DNA of 64,000 nucleotides from Chthoniobacteraceae bacterium (GCA_040081625.1 JBEBGD010000006.1:42926-106925); one strand, 5' to 3'. Numbered from the stretch's first letter, positions 9,244 to 19,847 are shown. Program-made: numbers and translations. Notes: generated by a model not told the origin, from the letters alone.

Positions 9244-11805
9244 CTCCTCCTCGCCGCGTCCGCTGCACTCGCCGCGACGCCTTCGCCACTCTCGCCGGAC
9301 GACGCGCTCAAATCCTTCGAGGTCGCCGACGACCTGCGCGTCGAGCTTTTCGCCGCGGAGCCGCTCGTCGGGTCGCCGTGCGCGATCGCCTTCGACGCGA
9401 AGGGCCGCATGTTCGTCGCCGAGAATCGCGGCTACCCGCGCATGGACAACCCGCCGCTCGGCGTCATCGCGATGATCGAGGACACGAACGGCGACGGGCG
9501 CATGGACAAGCGCACCGTCTTCGCCGACGGCCTCACGTATCCGAACGGCGTGATGCCGTGGAAGGACGGCCTGCTCGTGACGAGCGCGCCCGATGTGATC
9601 CTGATGCGCGACACGAACGGCGACGGCGTCGCCGACGAAAAGCGCGTGCTGTTCACCGGCTTCGACACCGCGAAGAGCACGCAGCTCCGCGTGAACGCGC
9701 CGCGCCTCGGCCCCGATGGCTGGATCTACCTCGCCGCCGGCCTGAGCCTCGGCACGATCAAATGCCCCGAGCATCCCGAGCGGCCCGAACTGAAAATGAC
9801 GGGCGACGTGCGCTTCCACCCCGACACGCTCGAGATCGAAACCGTGGACGGCAAATCGCAGTTCGGCCAGTCGTTCGACGACTTCGGGCGCCGCTTCATC
9901 TGCATGAACCGCCTGCCCGTGCAGCACGTCGTGCTTTCGTCGAAGTGGCTCGGTCGCAATCCGAATTTCGCCTTCAGCGAAACCGTGCAGGACTGCAACG
10001 AGCGCCTCGTGAAGACCGCGATGAAAGGCGGCGGCGACGGCGTGCAGCTCTTCCCGATCAGCTCGAACATCACCACCGCCGACTCGCACTTCGGCTCGTT
10101 CAGCGCGGCGTGCGGCATCTTCATCTGGCGCGGCGGCGCGCTGCCCGAGCGTTACGATGGCAGCGCGATCTCGTGCGACCCGACGGCCAATCTCATCCAC
10201 GCCGATCGGCTCGAACCGCGCGGCGCGACGTTCAACGCGGTGCCGCTGCTCAAGGGCCGCGAATTGCTCGCCTCGCGCGACGATTGGTTCCGCCCTGTCT
10301 TCGTCGAACGCGGGCCCGACGGCGCGCTCTACGTCGCCGACATGTATCGCAAGGTGATCGAGCATCCCGACTACCTGCCCGAGGAGGTGCGCAAGCACGC
10401 CGACTTCGAGAGCGGGCGCAACATGGGCCGCATCTGGCGCATCACCGCGAAGACGCCGCGCACCGTGAAGCCGCTCGCGCCGTTCAAGGACGAGTTCGCG
10501 CCGCTCCAGGCAGCCGCAAAGGACACCGCACTCGCCGCCAAGCTCGCGAACGATCCGAGCGCGCGCGTGCGCTTCTGCCTCGCGCTCGTCCTCGGCGACG
10601 TGAAGGACGACTCCGCCATCGCCACGCTCGCGCAGATCGCCGCGCGGGATGCCGGCGACAAGTGGGCGCGCGCCGCCGTGCTCAGCGGCATTGGCGGACG
10701 CGAGCCGCAATTTCTCCGCGCCGTGTGGCCGAAGCTCGCCGGCACGAGCGAGGGCGAACTCGAACTGCTCGGCAGCCTCGGGCGCTGCTTCCGCGACGCG
10801 GCGGTGCTGAGCGAGGCGATGGGCGCGGCGGAGCCCGGCGCGGCGGCGGGTGCGATCTGGTCCGGCTTCATCGAGCGCAACTCGGCGAAGACCGTGAAGG
10901 ACACGCCTGCGTTCAAGAAGCTGCTCGAACTCTCCGCGCAGCAAGTCGCGCAGGCCACGGTGCCCGCCGCGCAGCGGCTCATCTTCGCGCGCCTGCTCGC
11001 CACCGGCACATGGGACAGCGCCGCGAAGTCGTTGCAGGCCGCGCTCGCCGCGAATCCCGACGAAGCACTCCGCACCGCGCTCGTGCGCAGCCTCGCCACG
11101 CTCGATGCGAACCGCGCGGCCGAGGTGCTTCTCGCCGAGGGCAAGTGGACGACCTACAGCCCCGGCGTCCGCGAGACCGTGCTCGCCGCGCTGGTCGGCC
11201 GCCCGACCCAACTCGAAGGCCTGCTCGCCGCCGTCGAAGCGAATCGTCTTCCCGCCAGCGCCTTCACCACGCAGCGCCGCACGACGCTGCTCAAGCACAA
11301 GGACGCCGCCATCCGCGAGCGCGCGGAGAAGCTCTTCAACGCCGGGCTCGGCGACCGCGCCGCCGCGCTGGAGCGCGCGAAGCAGGCGCTCACGCTCACC
11401 GCGAAGCCGGCGCACGGGCGCGAGATTTTCCGCCAGCTCTGCGCGACGTGCCACCGGCTCGATCGCGAGGGCGTCAACGTCGGCCCCGATCTTTTCGACA
11501 TGCGCCGGCAGACCAAGGACATCATCGTCTTCCACCTCGTCATGCCCGATGCCGAGATCGCGCCCGCGTTCGCGTTCTACTCGTGCGAGGCAAAGGACGG
11601 CCGCGCCTTCGCCGGGCTGCTCGTCTCCGAGACGCCGACGAGCGTCACCATCCGGATGCCCGGCGGTCTTGAGGAGACCGTGCTGCGCAACGACATCAAG
11701 ACTCTCGCCGCGATGCCCGGCTCGCTGATGCCGCCCGGCCTCGATGCCGCGATGCAGCCGCAGGACATCGCGGATTTGGTCGCCTATCTCAAAGGCGAGC
11801 AGTAA
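9223..11805 (+). CDS. PVC-type heme-binding CxxCH protein (beta-propeller dehydrogenase, HEAT repeats, cytochrome c)
   Basis: VELFAAEPLV, DTNGDG, FRPV..GPDGALYVADMYR, CATCH, SLMPPG. Confidence 0.88.
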   Translation: MNPVNPVLLLAASAALAATPSPLSPDDALKSFEVADDLRVELFAAEPLVGSPCAIAFDAKGRMFVAENRGYPRMDNPPLGVIAMIEDTNGDGRMDKRTVFADGLTYPNGVMPWKDGLLVTSAPDVILMRDTNGDGVADEKRVLFTGFDTAKSTQLRVNAPRLGPDGWIYLAAGLSLGTIKCPEHPERPELKMTGDVRFHPDTLEIETVDGKSQFGQSFDDFGRRFICMNRLPVQHVVLSSKWLGRNPNFAFSETVQDCNERLVKTAMKGGGDGVQLFPISSNITTADSHFGSFSAACGIFIWRGGALPERYDGSAISCDPTANLIHADRLEPRGATFNAVPLLKGRELLASRDDWFRPVFVERGPDGALYVADMYRKVIEHPDYLPEEVRKHADFESGRNMGRIWRITAKTPRTVKPLAPFKDEFAPLQAAAKDTALAAKLANDPSARVRFCLALVLGDVKDDSAIATLAQIAARDAGDKWARAAVLSGIGGREPQFLRAVWPKLAGTSEGELELLGSLGRCFRDAAVLSEAMGAAEPGAAAGAIWSGFIERNSAKTVKDTPAFKKLLELSAQQVAQATVPAAQRLIFARLLATGTWDSAAKSLQAALAANPDEALRTALVRSLATLDANRAAEVLLAEGKWTTYSPGVRETVLAALVGRPTQLEGLLAAVEANRLPASAFTTQRRTTLLKHKDAAIRERAEKLFNAGLGDRAAALERAKQALTLTAKPAHGREIFRQLCATCHRLDREGVNVGPDLFDMRRQTKDIIVFHLVMPDAEIAPAFAFYSCEAKDGRAFAGLLVSETPTSVTIRMPGGLEETVLRNDIKTLAAMPGSLMPPGLDAAMQPQDIADLVAYLKGEQ

Positions 11806-11823
11806 GCATCTTCAACCAACCCT

Positions 11824-12867
11824 ATGAGCAAGAAATACAACGTCGCCGTCATCGGTTATGGCTGGGCCGCCGCCGCCCACATCGCCGCCATCAACGCCAC
11901 CTCCAACGCGCAGGTGAAGGCCGTCTGGTCTTCGCGCCCGCTCGACTCGAATGAGCTGAGCGCGAAGCACGGCGGATCGATCACCGCTTACTCCGACCTC
12001 GCCGCGATGCTCGCGAACCCGGACATCCACGCGGTCGATATCACGAGCTACCCGAACCAGCACGCGCAGCAGTTCATCGCCGCGGCGAAGGCGGGCAAGC
12101 ACATCATCGTCGAGAAGCCGCTCGCGATCGAGTGGAGCGAGATCGTCGCGATGAAGAAAGCCGCCGACGCGAGCGGCGCGAAAGTGTGCGTGTGCTTCGA
12201 GTGCCGGTGGTCGTCGCAGTTCGTCGCGACGAAGGCGACGATCGACGCGGGGCTGATCGGTTCGATCCATTACGGCGAGGTCGATTACTATCACGGCATC
12301 GGGCCGTGGTATGGGCAGTATCGCTGGAACACGAAGCGCGAACTCGGCGGCAGCGCGCTGCTCACCGCCGGCTGCCACGCGCTCGATGCGCTGCTGCTCT
12401 GCATGAACAGCGAAGTCGAGGAAGTGACCAGCTACGCGTCGCAGAGCGCGAACCCGGTCTTCGCCGCCTACGAATACAAGACCTGCGCGACCACGATCCT
12501 GCGCTTCGCGAACGGCGCGATCGGCAAGAGCGCGGCGGTGGTCGATTGCTTCCAGCCTTACTACTTCCACACGCATCTCGTCGGCAGCGAAGGCTCGATC
12601 CTCGACAACAAATTCCACAGCCAGAAGCTCGGCCTGCACAAACACGCGTGGTCGCAGCTCAGCATGAAGATGCTCGATAGCGGCGACGTGAGCGATCACC
12701 CGTATCAGTCGCAGTTCCAGGCATTCTTCGACGCGCTGGAGCAGGGGAAGGACATGCCGCTCACGAGCTTCGCCAACGCCTTCGCCACGCACCGCTGCAT
12801 CGCCGCCGCGGACAAGTCCGCCGCCGAGGGCCGCCCGGTAAAGATCAGCGAGATCGCGACCGCTTAG
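11824..12867 (+). CDS. Gfo/Idh/MocA family oxidoreductase
   Basis: Rossmann start VAVIGYG, AGKHIIVEKP, GGSALLTAGCHALD. Confidence 0.9.
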   Translation: MSKKYNVAVIGYGWAAAAHIAAINATSNAQVKAVWSSRPLDSNELSAKHGGSITAYSDLAAMLANPDIHAVDITSYPNQHAQQFIAAAKAGKHIIVEKPLAIEWSEIVAMKKAADASGAKVCVCFECRWSSQFVATKATIDAGLIGSIHYGEVDYYHGIGPWYGQYRWNTKRELGGSALLTAGCHALDALLLCMNSEVEEVTSYASQSANPVFAAYEYKTCATTILRFANGAIGKSAAVVDCFQPYYFHTHLVGSEGSILDNKFHSQKLGLHKHAWSQLSMKMLDSGDVSDHPYQSQFQAFFDALEQGKDMPLTSFANAFATHRCIAAADKSAAEGRPVKISEIATA

Positions 12868-12870
12868 GCG

Positions 12871-13641
12871 ATGCCATCCGCCCTCGCGATCGCCGCGCAC
12901 CCCGACGACATCGAATTCATCATGGCTGGGACGTTGCTCCAGCTCAAGGCCGCGGGCTGGGACATCCACTACGTGAACGTCTCGACGGGCAACATGGGCA
13001 GCACCGTGATGAGCGCCGCGCAGACCGCGCGCGTGCGACGCAAGGAGGCGCAGAACGCGGCGAAGATGCTCGGCGCGAAATGGTATGCGCCCTTCCGCGA
13101 CGACATGGGGATCTTCTACACCGAGGAGAATATCCGCCGGCTGAGCGCGATCGTGCGGGCGGCGAATCCGACCGTCGTGCTCACGCACGCGCTCCAGGAT
13201 TACATGGAGGATCACATGATCGTCGCGCGGCTCGCGGTGACGGCGACGTTCACGCGCGGCATCCCGAACTACCGCTCGATCCCGCAGCGCACGCCGAGCT
13301 TCACGCCCTGCACGATCTACCACGCGATGCCGCATGGCCAGTGCACGCCCACGCGCGAGCCGGTGACGCCGGAGCTGCTCGTGGACACGACGAGCGTCCA
13401 CGCGACCAAGCGCGCATCGCTCGCGTGCCACGCGTCGCAGAAGGAGTGGCTCGACAAGTCGCAAGGCCAGGAGAGCTACCTCAACACGATGGACGACTTT
13501 TCGCTGCGGCTCGGAAAGCGGAGCAAAAGATTTCAGCACGCCGAGGGTTGGACCCGGCACTTGCACTACGGCTTCGGCGCGGAGGAAGATGATCCGCTCA
13601 CCGACGTGCTCGGCAAAAAAACTCTCCGCCTTCGCAAATGA
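12871..13641 (+). CDS. PIG-L family deacetylase
   Basis: [27 protein letters not shown]. Confidence 0.9.
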   Translation: MPSALAIAAHPDDIEFIMAGTLLQLKAAGWDIHYVNVSTGNMGSTVMSAAQTARVRRKEAQNAAKMLGAKWYAPFRDDMGIFYTEENIRRLSAIVRAANPTVVLTHALQDYMEDHMIVARLAVTATFTRGIPNYRSIPQRTPSFTPCTIYHAMPHGQCTPTREPVTPELLVDTTSVHATKRASLACHASQKEWLDKSQGQESYLNTMDDFSLRLGKRSKRFQHAEGWTRHLHYGFGAEEDDPLTDVLGKKTLRLRK

Positions 13642-14576
13642 ACTACCGCACCTCCAGCATCAGCCCCGATTGGTGGGACTACACCTGCCTGCCGCTTGAT
13701 CTCGTCGATGAAGTCGCCCGCCTCACGCCGCGCGATGTCGAGAAGCTTTCGCGGCCCGGATTTCGCGTGGTCTTCTACGACACGCTCGAGGATTTCTACC
13801 TCGCCGAGGCGCTCGAATACATCACGGCGTGGAAGCAATCGACCGCGGACAATCCCGTGGGCATCTGCGGTCCGATCGGGCCGACCGAGCAGCTCCCGCT
13901 CGTCGCGCGGCTCGTGACGGAACTCGGGCTCGATGTGCGCAGCGGACATTTCTGGGGGATGGATGAGTGGTTCGATGTCGAGACGGGGAAGGAGACGCCG
14001 GTGTCGCATCCGCTGAGTTTCGAGAAGGCGGATCGCGAGATGTGCTTCAACAAGATCCCGAAGAAACTGCGGATGCCGGATGCGAACCTGCACTTCCCGA
14101 AAGCTGACACGGCGACTTACACGAAGTCCTACGATGCCGGTGTGCGCTGCGCGGTGATGCAAGGTGGCCAAGGCGACGTGAAGCACTGGGCCTTCAACGA
14201 TCCGCCCGCGCGCAAAGGCAAATACAAGGCCGCGCCGCCGACGCCCGCCGAGTATCGCAAGCTGGCGACACGCGTGGTCGATCTGCACCCGCTCACGATC
14301 GCGCAAAACGCGCGCACGAGCGGCGGCGGGAACATTTCGATGGTGCCGACCAAGGCGATCACCGTCGGCCCGGTCGAGACGTGGAAGGCGGAGAAGGTGT
14401 CGATCTGGCAGGCGGGCACGCACGACAATCCGTTCGGTCAGCGGCTCACGGCTTACATGATCTCGAAGCGGCTGCCGAGCGCGTGCGTGCCGATGTCGCT
14501 GCTCGCGGATCATCCGAACGTGCAATTCAACTACTACCGCGGCGGCCTCGGCTCGTGCGCGGTGGAGATGCACTGA
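13638..14576 (+). CDS. Glucosamine-6-phosphate deaminase/isomerase family protein
   Basis: CGPIGPT, FWGMDEW, HWAFNDP, TIAQNAR, AITVG; translationally coupled to the deacetylase. Confidence 0.75.
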   Translation: MNYRTSSISPDWWDYTCLPLDLVDEVARLTPRDVEKLSRPGFRVVFYDTLEDFYLAEALEYITAWKQSTADNPVGICGPIGPTEQLPLVARLVTELGLDVRSGHFWGMDEWFDVETGKETPVSHPLSFEKADREMCFNKIPKKLRMPDANLHFPKADTATYTKSYDAGVRCAVMQGGQGDVKHWAFNDPPARKGKYKAAPPTPAEYRKLATRVVDLHPLTIAQNARTSGGGNISMVPTKAITVGPVETWKAEKVSIWQAGTHDNPFGQRLTAYMISKRLPSACVPMSLLADHPNVQFNYYRGGLGSCAVEMH

Positions 14577-14593
14577 TCCGGCCCGGGCGCGCC

Positions 14594-16543
14594 GTGCCTT
14601 CCGATCAAGACCTGCTCGGCACCGCGGCTGCGCACGAGCAGGCGGGGCGGCCTGGCGAAGCTGAGGCGATCTATCGGGACGTGCTCGCGAGGCATCCCGG
14701 GAATGCCGACCTGATGCAGGCCATCGGGTCGTGCGCGTTTCGGAGTGGCCGGCTGGATGAGGCGCGTCAGTGGACGGAGGAAGCGGTCGGCCTCGTTCCG
14801 AATCACGCGGTGTTTCTCAACAACCTCGGGCTGATCCTCGACGCGCTCGGTGAGTTGCGAGAAGCCGTCGCGTGTTTCGAGCAAGCCGCGCGAATCGATC
14901 CGGCGCTTGTGATCGTTCGCTACAATCTCGGCAACGCGCGGGTCCGCCTCGGCGAGTTCGACGAAGCGGTCGCGCTGTTTCGTTACGTCATCGAGCGGAT
15001 GCCGGCGCACGTCGAGTCGCACCTGAATCTCGGCATGGCGCTCTCGCGCAAAGGCGACCTCGCCGGCGCGGTCGAAGTGTATCGCGCGGCGCTGCGTGTC
15101 CTGCCCGATTGCTCGCGGCTCTGGAATAATCTGGGGACGGCGCTGCAGCGCAGATCGGACCTCGCGGGCGCGATCGCCGCGAGCCGCGAGGCGCTGCGTT
15201 GTGAGCCGAACGACGCGCTGGCGATGAGCAACCTCGGAGTCTGCCTCTCCGAGCTCGGGCTGGCCGATGAAGCGTTGGAGTGGTTCCGGCGGAGCATCGC
15301 GCACGACCCGACGCTTTCCGAAGCGCACAGCGGCGTCATCTTCCACATGCAACTCCAGCCAGAGATCGCCGCGGATGAAATCGCCGTCGAGTGCCGGCGC
15401 TGGTGGCTGCGACACGGCGCGCCGCTGCACCGCGCGGGCGAATGGGATCGCACTCCGGACCGGCGGCTGCGCGTGGGTTACGTCTCGTCGGATTTCCGGG
15501 ACCATCCGGTCGGGCGGCACCTGCTGCCCGTGCTGCGGGTGCATGATCCTTCGGAGTTCGATTTCACCTGCTACTCGGACGCGCTCCTGCCGGACGCGAT
15601 GACGGCGGAGTTCAGGAGTTGCGCGGTGACGTGGCGCGAGTCGGGAGCATGGTCCGATGAGCAACTGTCCGCGCGGATTCGCGAGGATCGGATCGACGTG
15701 CTCGTCGATCTCGCGCTGCACTCGGCGGGGAATCGCCTGCGCGTGTTTGCCCGGCAACCGGCGCCGGTGCAGGCGAGCTTCGCCGGCTATCCGGGGAGCA
15801 CGGGCGTCGAGACGATCGCGTATCGGCTGACGGATTGGTTTCTCGACCCTCCGGGCGCGGAGTCGCCGTGGAGCGATGAACCGATCCGGCTGCCTGACAG
15901 TTTCTGGTGCTTCGATCCGCTCGGTGAATCGCCAGACGTGAATGAACTGCCCGCGCTCGCGAGCGGCGTTGTGGTGTTCGGCTGCCTGTGCAAGCCGAGC
16001 AAGGTCAACGAGCGCGTGATCGGGTGGTGGAGCGCGATTCTGGAGCGGGTTCCGCGATCGCGGATGCTGCTGCTCTGCCCGGCAGGGGAAGGGCGCGATC
16101 TCATCGCGGCGCAGTTTCGCCAGTGCGGCGTCGAAGTGGATCGCGTGAGCTTTAGCGATCGTCTGTCGCGCGCGGACTACCTCGCGCTGCATCATCGTGT
16201 GGACGTGATCCTCGATCCCTTTCCCTACAACGGCCACATGACCACCTGCGATGCGCTTTGGATGGGCGTGCCTGTCGTGAGTCTCGCGGGGCAGACGCCG
16301 GTTTCGCGCGGCGGCTTGAGCCTGCTCTCGAATGTCGGCCTTCCGGAGTTGGCCGCGTTCGCCCCGGAGGACTACGTGCGGATCGCGGCGGATCTAGCGA
16401 ACGATTTGCCGCGGCTCGCAGCGTTGCGCGCCACGCTGCGCGAGCGGATGCGGGCGTCGCCGCTGATGGACGGACCGCGTTTCGCGCGCGGAATCGAGGA
16501 CGCCTGCCGCACGATGTGGCGGGAATGGTGCGAGGCGAAATGA
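14594..16543 (+). CDS. TPR-containing O-GlcNAc transferase / SPINDLY family (GT41)
   Basis: Several NNLG/YNLG TPRs, RLRVGYVSSDFRDHPVG, IDVLVDL, LDPFPYNGHMTTCDALWMGVPVV; GTG start inferred. Confidence 0.9.
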   Translation: MPSDQDLLGTAAAHEQAGRPGEAEAIYRDVLARHPGNADLMQAIGSCAFRSGRLDEARQWTEEAVGLVPNHAVFLNNLGLILDALGELREAVACFEQAARIDPALVIVRYNLGNARVRLGEFDEAVALFRYVIERMPAHVESHLNLGMALSRKGDLAGAVEVYRAALRVLPDCSRLWNNLGTALQRRSDLAGAIAASREALRCEPNDALAMSNLGVCLSELGLADEALEWFRRSIAHDPTLSEAHSGVIFHMQLQPEIAADEIAVECRRWWLRHGAPLHRAGEWDRTPDRRLRVGYVSSDFRDHPVGRHLLPVLRVHDPSEFDFTCYSDALLPDAMTAEFRSCAVTWRESGAWSDEQLSARIREDRIDVLVDLALHSAGNRLRVFARQPAPVQASFAGYPGSTGVETIAYRLTDWFLDPPGAESPWSDEPIRLPDSFWCFDPLGESPDVNELPALASGVVVFGCLCKPSKVNERVIGWWSAILERVPRSRMLLLCPAGEGRDLIAAQFRQCGVEVDRVSFSDRLSRADYLALHHRVDVILDPFPYNGHMTTCDALWMGVPVVSLAGQTPVSRGGLSLLSNVGLPELAAFAPEDYVRIAADLANDLPRLAALRATLRERMRASPLMDGPRFARGIEDACRTMWREWCEAK

Positions 16544-17640
16544 GGATCGCGTTTGGCGACTTCAGCGGCTGGGACTTCCACGCGCAGAGCGTGGACTCGG
16601 CACCGCTCGGCGGCTCGCAGTCCGCCGCGTGCTATCTGGCGCAGGCGCTCGCGCGCGAGGGGCACGAGGTCTTCCTGCTCACGCACACGTCGGCGCCGGG
16701 CAAGCACGCCGGTGTGGGCTGCCTCTCGTGGCCGGCGACACCGCTCGACAGTTTGCGTGCGCTGAGGCTCGACGTTTTCGTCTGCATCCTCGCGGCCGGA
16801 AATGGCGAGGTCCTCCGCGCGGCGCTGGGACCAGAGACGCGGCTCGTGCTGTGGACGCAGCATCGCTTTGACCAGGAGTCCGTGCAGCGACTCGCGGACG
16901 CGGGAGAGCGCGGGAGCTACGATGCGTTTGCGCTGGTCAGCGATTGGCAGCGCAAGGAGTTCGTCGCGCACTTCTCGCTGCCGCCCGACCGGACCCGCGT
17001 GCTGCGCAATGCGGTCGCGCCCGCCTTCCTCGATCTCTTCGCCGACGATCAGCCGATCGTTTTCCACAAGGCGCAGCCTCCCTTGCTCGCCTACACGAGC
17101 ACGCCATTCCGCGGACTCGACCGACTGCTCGACGCGTTTCCCGCGATTCGCGAGGCGGTGCCGGGCGCGCGATTGCGTGTCTTCTCGAGCATGGCTGTCT
17201 ATCGCACTCCGCAGGTCGTCGATCATCTGCAACACGGTGCGCTTTACCAACGCTGCCGCGAGACACCGGGCATCGAATACATCGGGTCCATCCCGCAGCC
17301 GGCGCTCGCGCGCGAGCTGCGCGGCGTCACTGCGCTCGCCTACCCGAACACCTTCCCGGAAACGTCGTGCATCTCCGCGCTCGAGGCGATGGCGGGTGGA
17401 TGCCTTGTCGTGACGAGCGCGCTTGGCGCGCTGCCAGAGACGACCGCGGGGTTCGCGCATCTCGTTCCGTTCGAGCAAAGCCGCGAGAGCTACCTTCGCG
17501 AGTTCGTTGAGCGCACCGTGGTCGCGCTTCGGGGCGAGTCAGACGCGGTGGATCTGCTCCGGCGGCAAGTGAGGCATATCCGGGAAAACTCGACGTGGGA
17601 ATTGCGAGCGAGGGAGTGGAGCGACTGGCTCGACGCGTGA
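16540..17640 (+). CDS. Glycosyltransferase family 4
   Basis: LGGSQSA, YTSTPFRGL, FPETSCISALEAMAGG. Confidence 0.88.
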   Translation: MRIAFGDFSGWDFHAQSVDSAPLGGSQSAACYLAQALAREGHEVFLLTHTSAPGKHAGVGCLSWPATPLDSLRALRLDVFVCILAAGNGEVLRAALGPETRLVLWTQHRFDQESVQRLADAGERGSYDAFALVSDWQRKEFVAHFSLPPDRTRVLRNAVAPAFLDLFADDQPIVFHKAQPPLLAYTSTPFRGLDRLLDAFPAIREAVPGARLRVFSSMAVYRTPQVVDHLQHGALYQRCRETPGIEYIGSIPQPALARELRGVTALAYPNTFPETSCISALEAMAGGCLVVTSALGALPETTAGFAHLVPFEQSRESYLREFVERTVVALRGESDAVDLLRRQVRHIRENSTWELRAREWSDWLDA

Positions 17641-17656
17641 GCAGCGCCGCCGATTC

Positions 17657-18511
17657 TCAGCGGGACGCAGACGCTGCCAGGAAGTGCGCCATCAGCGCGG
17701 TGCGCGCGTCGTCGTAGAACTCCGGCCCGCCGTGTTTGCCGCCGCGGACGACCTCGAGTTGCACGGGGCGATTCGCCGCTTCGTAGGCGCGCTGGAGTTC
17801 GAGCGATTGCTCGAAGGGCATCTGCGGATCGGCGTCGCCGTGGATAAGCAGCAGCGGCGGGTCGTTCGCGTCGATGTGTGCGACGGGGCTGGCGAGGCGC
17901 GCGAGTTGCGGCTTCTCCGCGGGTTGTCCGCCGAGCAGGAGTTGAAGGGCGGGGACGCGGACGCTCAGCCCGTGCGGCGTGCTCTGCCCCAGGATGGTTT
18001 CGAGATTCGACGCGCCATAGAGACCGATGATCGCCTGCACGTCGCTCGACGCGGATGTGATGCCGACCGAGCCTTCGAGTTCCTTCACGCCATTCGTCAC
18101 GCCGACGACCGCCGCGAGGTGCCCGCCGGCGGAGCTGCCGGCGATGGCGATGCGCGTGGCGTCGATCTTGAAGTCGGCGGCGCGTGCGCGCAGGAAACGG
18201 ATCGCGGCCTTGATGTCGTGCGCCTGCGCAGGGAACGGCGCAGCGGTCGAAAGTCGGTAGTCCACACTCGCGACCGCGAAGCCTCGCGCGACGAGCTTCC
18301 CGAGCGGCATGTCGCTCCTCGACCCCGCGCGCCACGCGCCGCCGTGGACATAGACGATGAGCGGCTGCTTCGCCGGCACGTCCGCCGGCGGAAGGTGCAG
18401 GTCGAGCTTGAGCGAATGTTCAGCGACGCGGGCGAACTCGATGTCGCGAACGACACCCGCGTCGGCGTGCGCGATGCATGCGAGTGCTGTGAGGATGGCG
18501 ATGAGCTTCAC
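17657..18511 (-). CDS. Secreted alpha/beta hydrolase (BD-FAE/esterase-like)
   Basis: HGGAW, VDYRLS, GSSAGG, HGDADP; GTG start overlaps the pdxA stop. Confidence 0.88.
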   Translation of the reverse strand: MKLIAILTALACIAHADAGVVRDIEFARVAEHSLKLDLHLPPADVPAKQPLIVYVHGGAWRAGSRSDMPLGKLVARGFAVASVDYRLSTAAPFPAQAHDIKAAIRFLRARAADFKIDATRIAIAGSSAGGHLAAVVGVTNGVKELEGSVGITSASSDVQAIIGLYGASNLETILGQSTPHGLSVRVPALQLLLGGQPAEKPQLARLASPVAHIDANDPPLLLIHGDADPQMPFEQSLELQRAYEAANRPVQLEVVRGGKHGGPEFYDDARTALMAHFLAASASR

Positions 18512-19512
18512 GTGTGGGAGAGCTTTGCGGCGAGCCGCACCGCTGCGAACAGGCTCCCCGCATTCGCCTTCCCCTGCCACGCGATGTCGAGCGCGGTGCC
18601 GTGATCGACGCTCGTGCGGATGATCGGCAGACCGAGCGTCGTGTTCACCGCGGAGTCGAAGGCGAGCGCCTTCACCGGGATGTGGCCCTGATCGTGATAC
18701 ATGCAGATGAATGCGTCGGTCGCCTTCCGCTTCCATGGCAGGAACGCCGTGTCCGGTGGCAGCGGGCCTTCGACATCGTGGCCCGCCGCGCGCGCGGCTT
18801 CGATCGCCGGGATGATGATCCGCTCCTCTTCGCGGTCTCCGAATAGTCCGTGCTCACCCGCGTGCGGATTGAGTCCGCACACGACCATCTTCGGTGCGCG
18901 CCCGCGGATGCGCTGGAGCGCCGCGGCCGTCAGCTCGATCACGTCGAGGATGCGTTCGCGCGTGAGCAGCGCGGGCACTTCGCGGTAGCCGACGTGGACG
19001 GTGACGAACGTGCAGGTGATCTCTTCCGAATACTGCATCATGCACGAGCGCGCGGCATTCGTGCGCGCGGCGAAAATCTCGGTGTGCCCCGGAAACTTGA
19101 TACCCGCGAGGCTCATCGCTTCCTTGTTCAACGGTCCGGTGGTGACTGCGGCGACCTGCCCGGCAAGCGCGGCGTCGATCGCCTGCTCCACGCAAGCAAA
19201 CGCCGCGCGGCCCGTCGCGGCATTGATGGCGCCGGGCGTGAACGCGTCGAGGCTGATGACGCCGAGGTCGAGCATGGCCGGTTGCGTGACGGTCGCGAAA
19301 CCGCGTGTCCACTCGTCCGGCGTGAGTATCGGCGCATCGAAAGGCAGCCCCGTCTTTCCCGCGCATGCGCGGAGCACAGCCGCGTCGCCGAAGACGATCG
19401 GCGTGCAGAGTCGTGCGAGTTCGACATTCCCAAGCAGGCGCAGGCACAACTCCGGCCCGACCCCGGCGGGGTCGCCCATCGTGATCGCGATGCGTGGAAG
19501 TAGTCCGGTCAT
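18508..19512 (-). CDS. pdxA: 4-hydroxythreonine-4-phosphate dehydrogenase
   Basis: ITMGDPAGVGPE, GHTE, GLNPHAGE, MYHDQGHIP, RTSVDHGTALDIA. Confidence 0.95.
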   Translation of the reverse strand: MTGLLPRIAITMGDPAGVGPELCLRLLGNVELARLCTPIVFGDAAVLRACAGKTGLPFDAPILTPDEWTRGFATVTQPAMLDLGVISLDAFTPGAINAATGRAAFACVEQAIDAALAGQVAAVTTGPLNKEAMSLAGIKFPGHTEIFAARTNAARSCMMQYSEEITCTFVTVHVGYREVPALLTRERILDVIELTAAALQRIRGRAPKMVVCGLNPHAGEHGLFGDREEERIIIPAIEAARAAGHDVEGPLPPDTAFLPWKRKATDAFICMYHDQGHIPVKALAFDSAVNTTLGLPIIRTSVDHGTALDIAWQGKANAGSLFAAVRLAAKLSHT

Positions 19513-19523
19513 GATGTGGAAAA

Positions 19524-19548
19524 TGGTCGGGGCGACAGGATTCGAACC
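19524..19548 (-). other. tRNA 3'-end fragment (T-arm, acceptor 3' strand, CCA; probably tRNA-Pro), read as the att site of the island
   Basis: Minus strand reads GGTTCGAATCCTGTCGCCCCGACCA; no recognisable 5' half of a tRNA upstream; sits exactly at the change from core to accessory genes. Confidence 0.8.
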
Positions 19549-19847
19549 GGGGCTGGGGATTGTTGGCGATTCTCGCAAATCGATGCGGATGCTGATGGAT
19601 AGAGGCTTTTCAGCCGGTCAGTGAAATCGTGCTCGTTGGTCATTATTGCAAATTATTGGTGTTCGACTGTCCGATTCTGTCACGCGTTTACCTGGTGCTG
19701 TCACGGAAGAAGGGGGGTGCAATCGGTTAGCGGAAGCGGCAGTGCGGCGGCACGAGTCTTCGGGCGTTACAACCGTTAGCCGCTGCTTCGAGCAAACACC
19801 GCTGAGTTTCGGTTTGCGAGTCTCTCCGATTCGAGTTGCTGTCGGAC

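Noticed and set aside
152..19503. Many long alternative-frame ORFs (e.g. 152-1780, 2754-4460, 9181-11535, 9378-11672, 11812-13566, 14534-16237)
   Set aside because: Arg/Ala-rich shadow frames of well-supported genes, expected at very high GC; no recognisable motifs.
19524..19600. Complete tRNA gene
   Set aside because: Only the T-arm and 3' acceptor strand are recognisable; upstream sequence does not form D or anticodon arms, so it is treated as an att fragment.
19549..19847. Small ORFs or ncRNA next to the att site
   Set aside because: No recognisable motif or convincing structure; probably integrase arm sites and the WYL promoter, which I cannot delimit.
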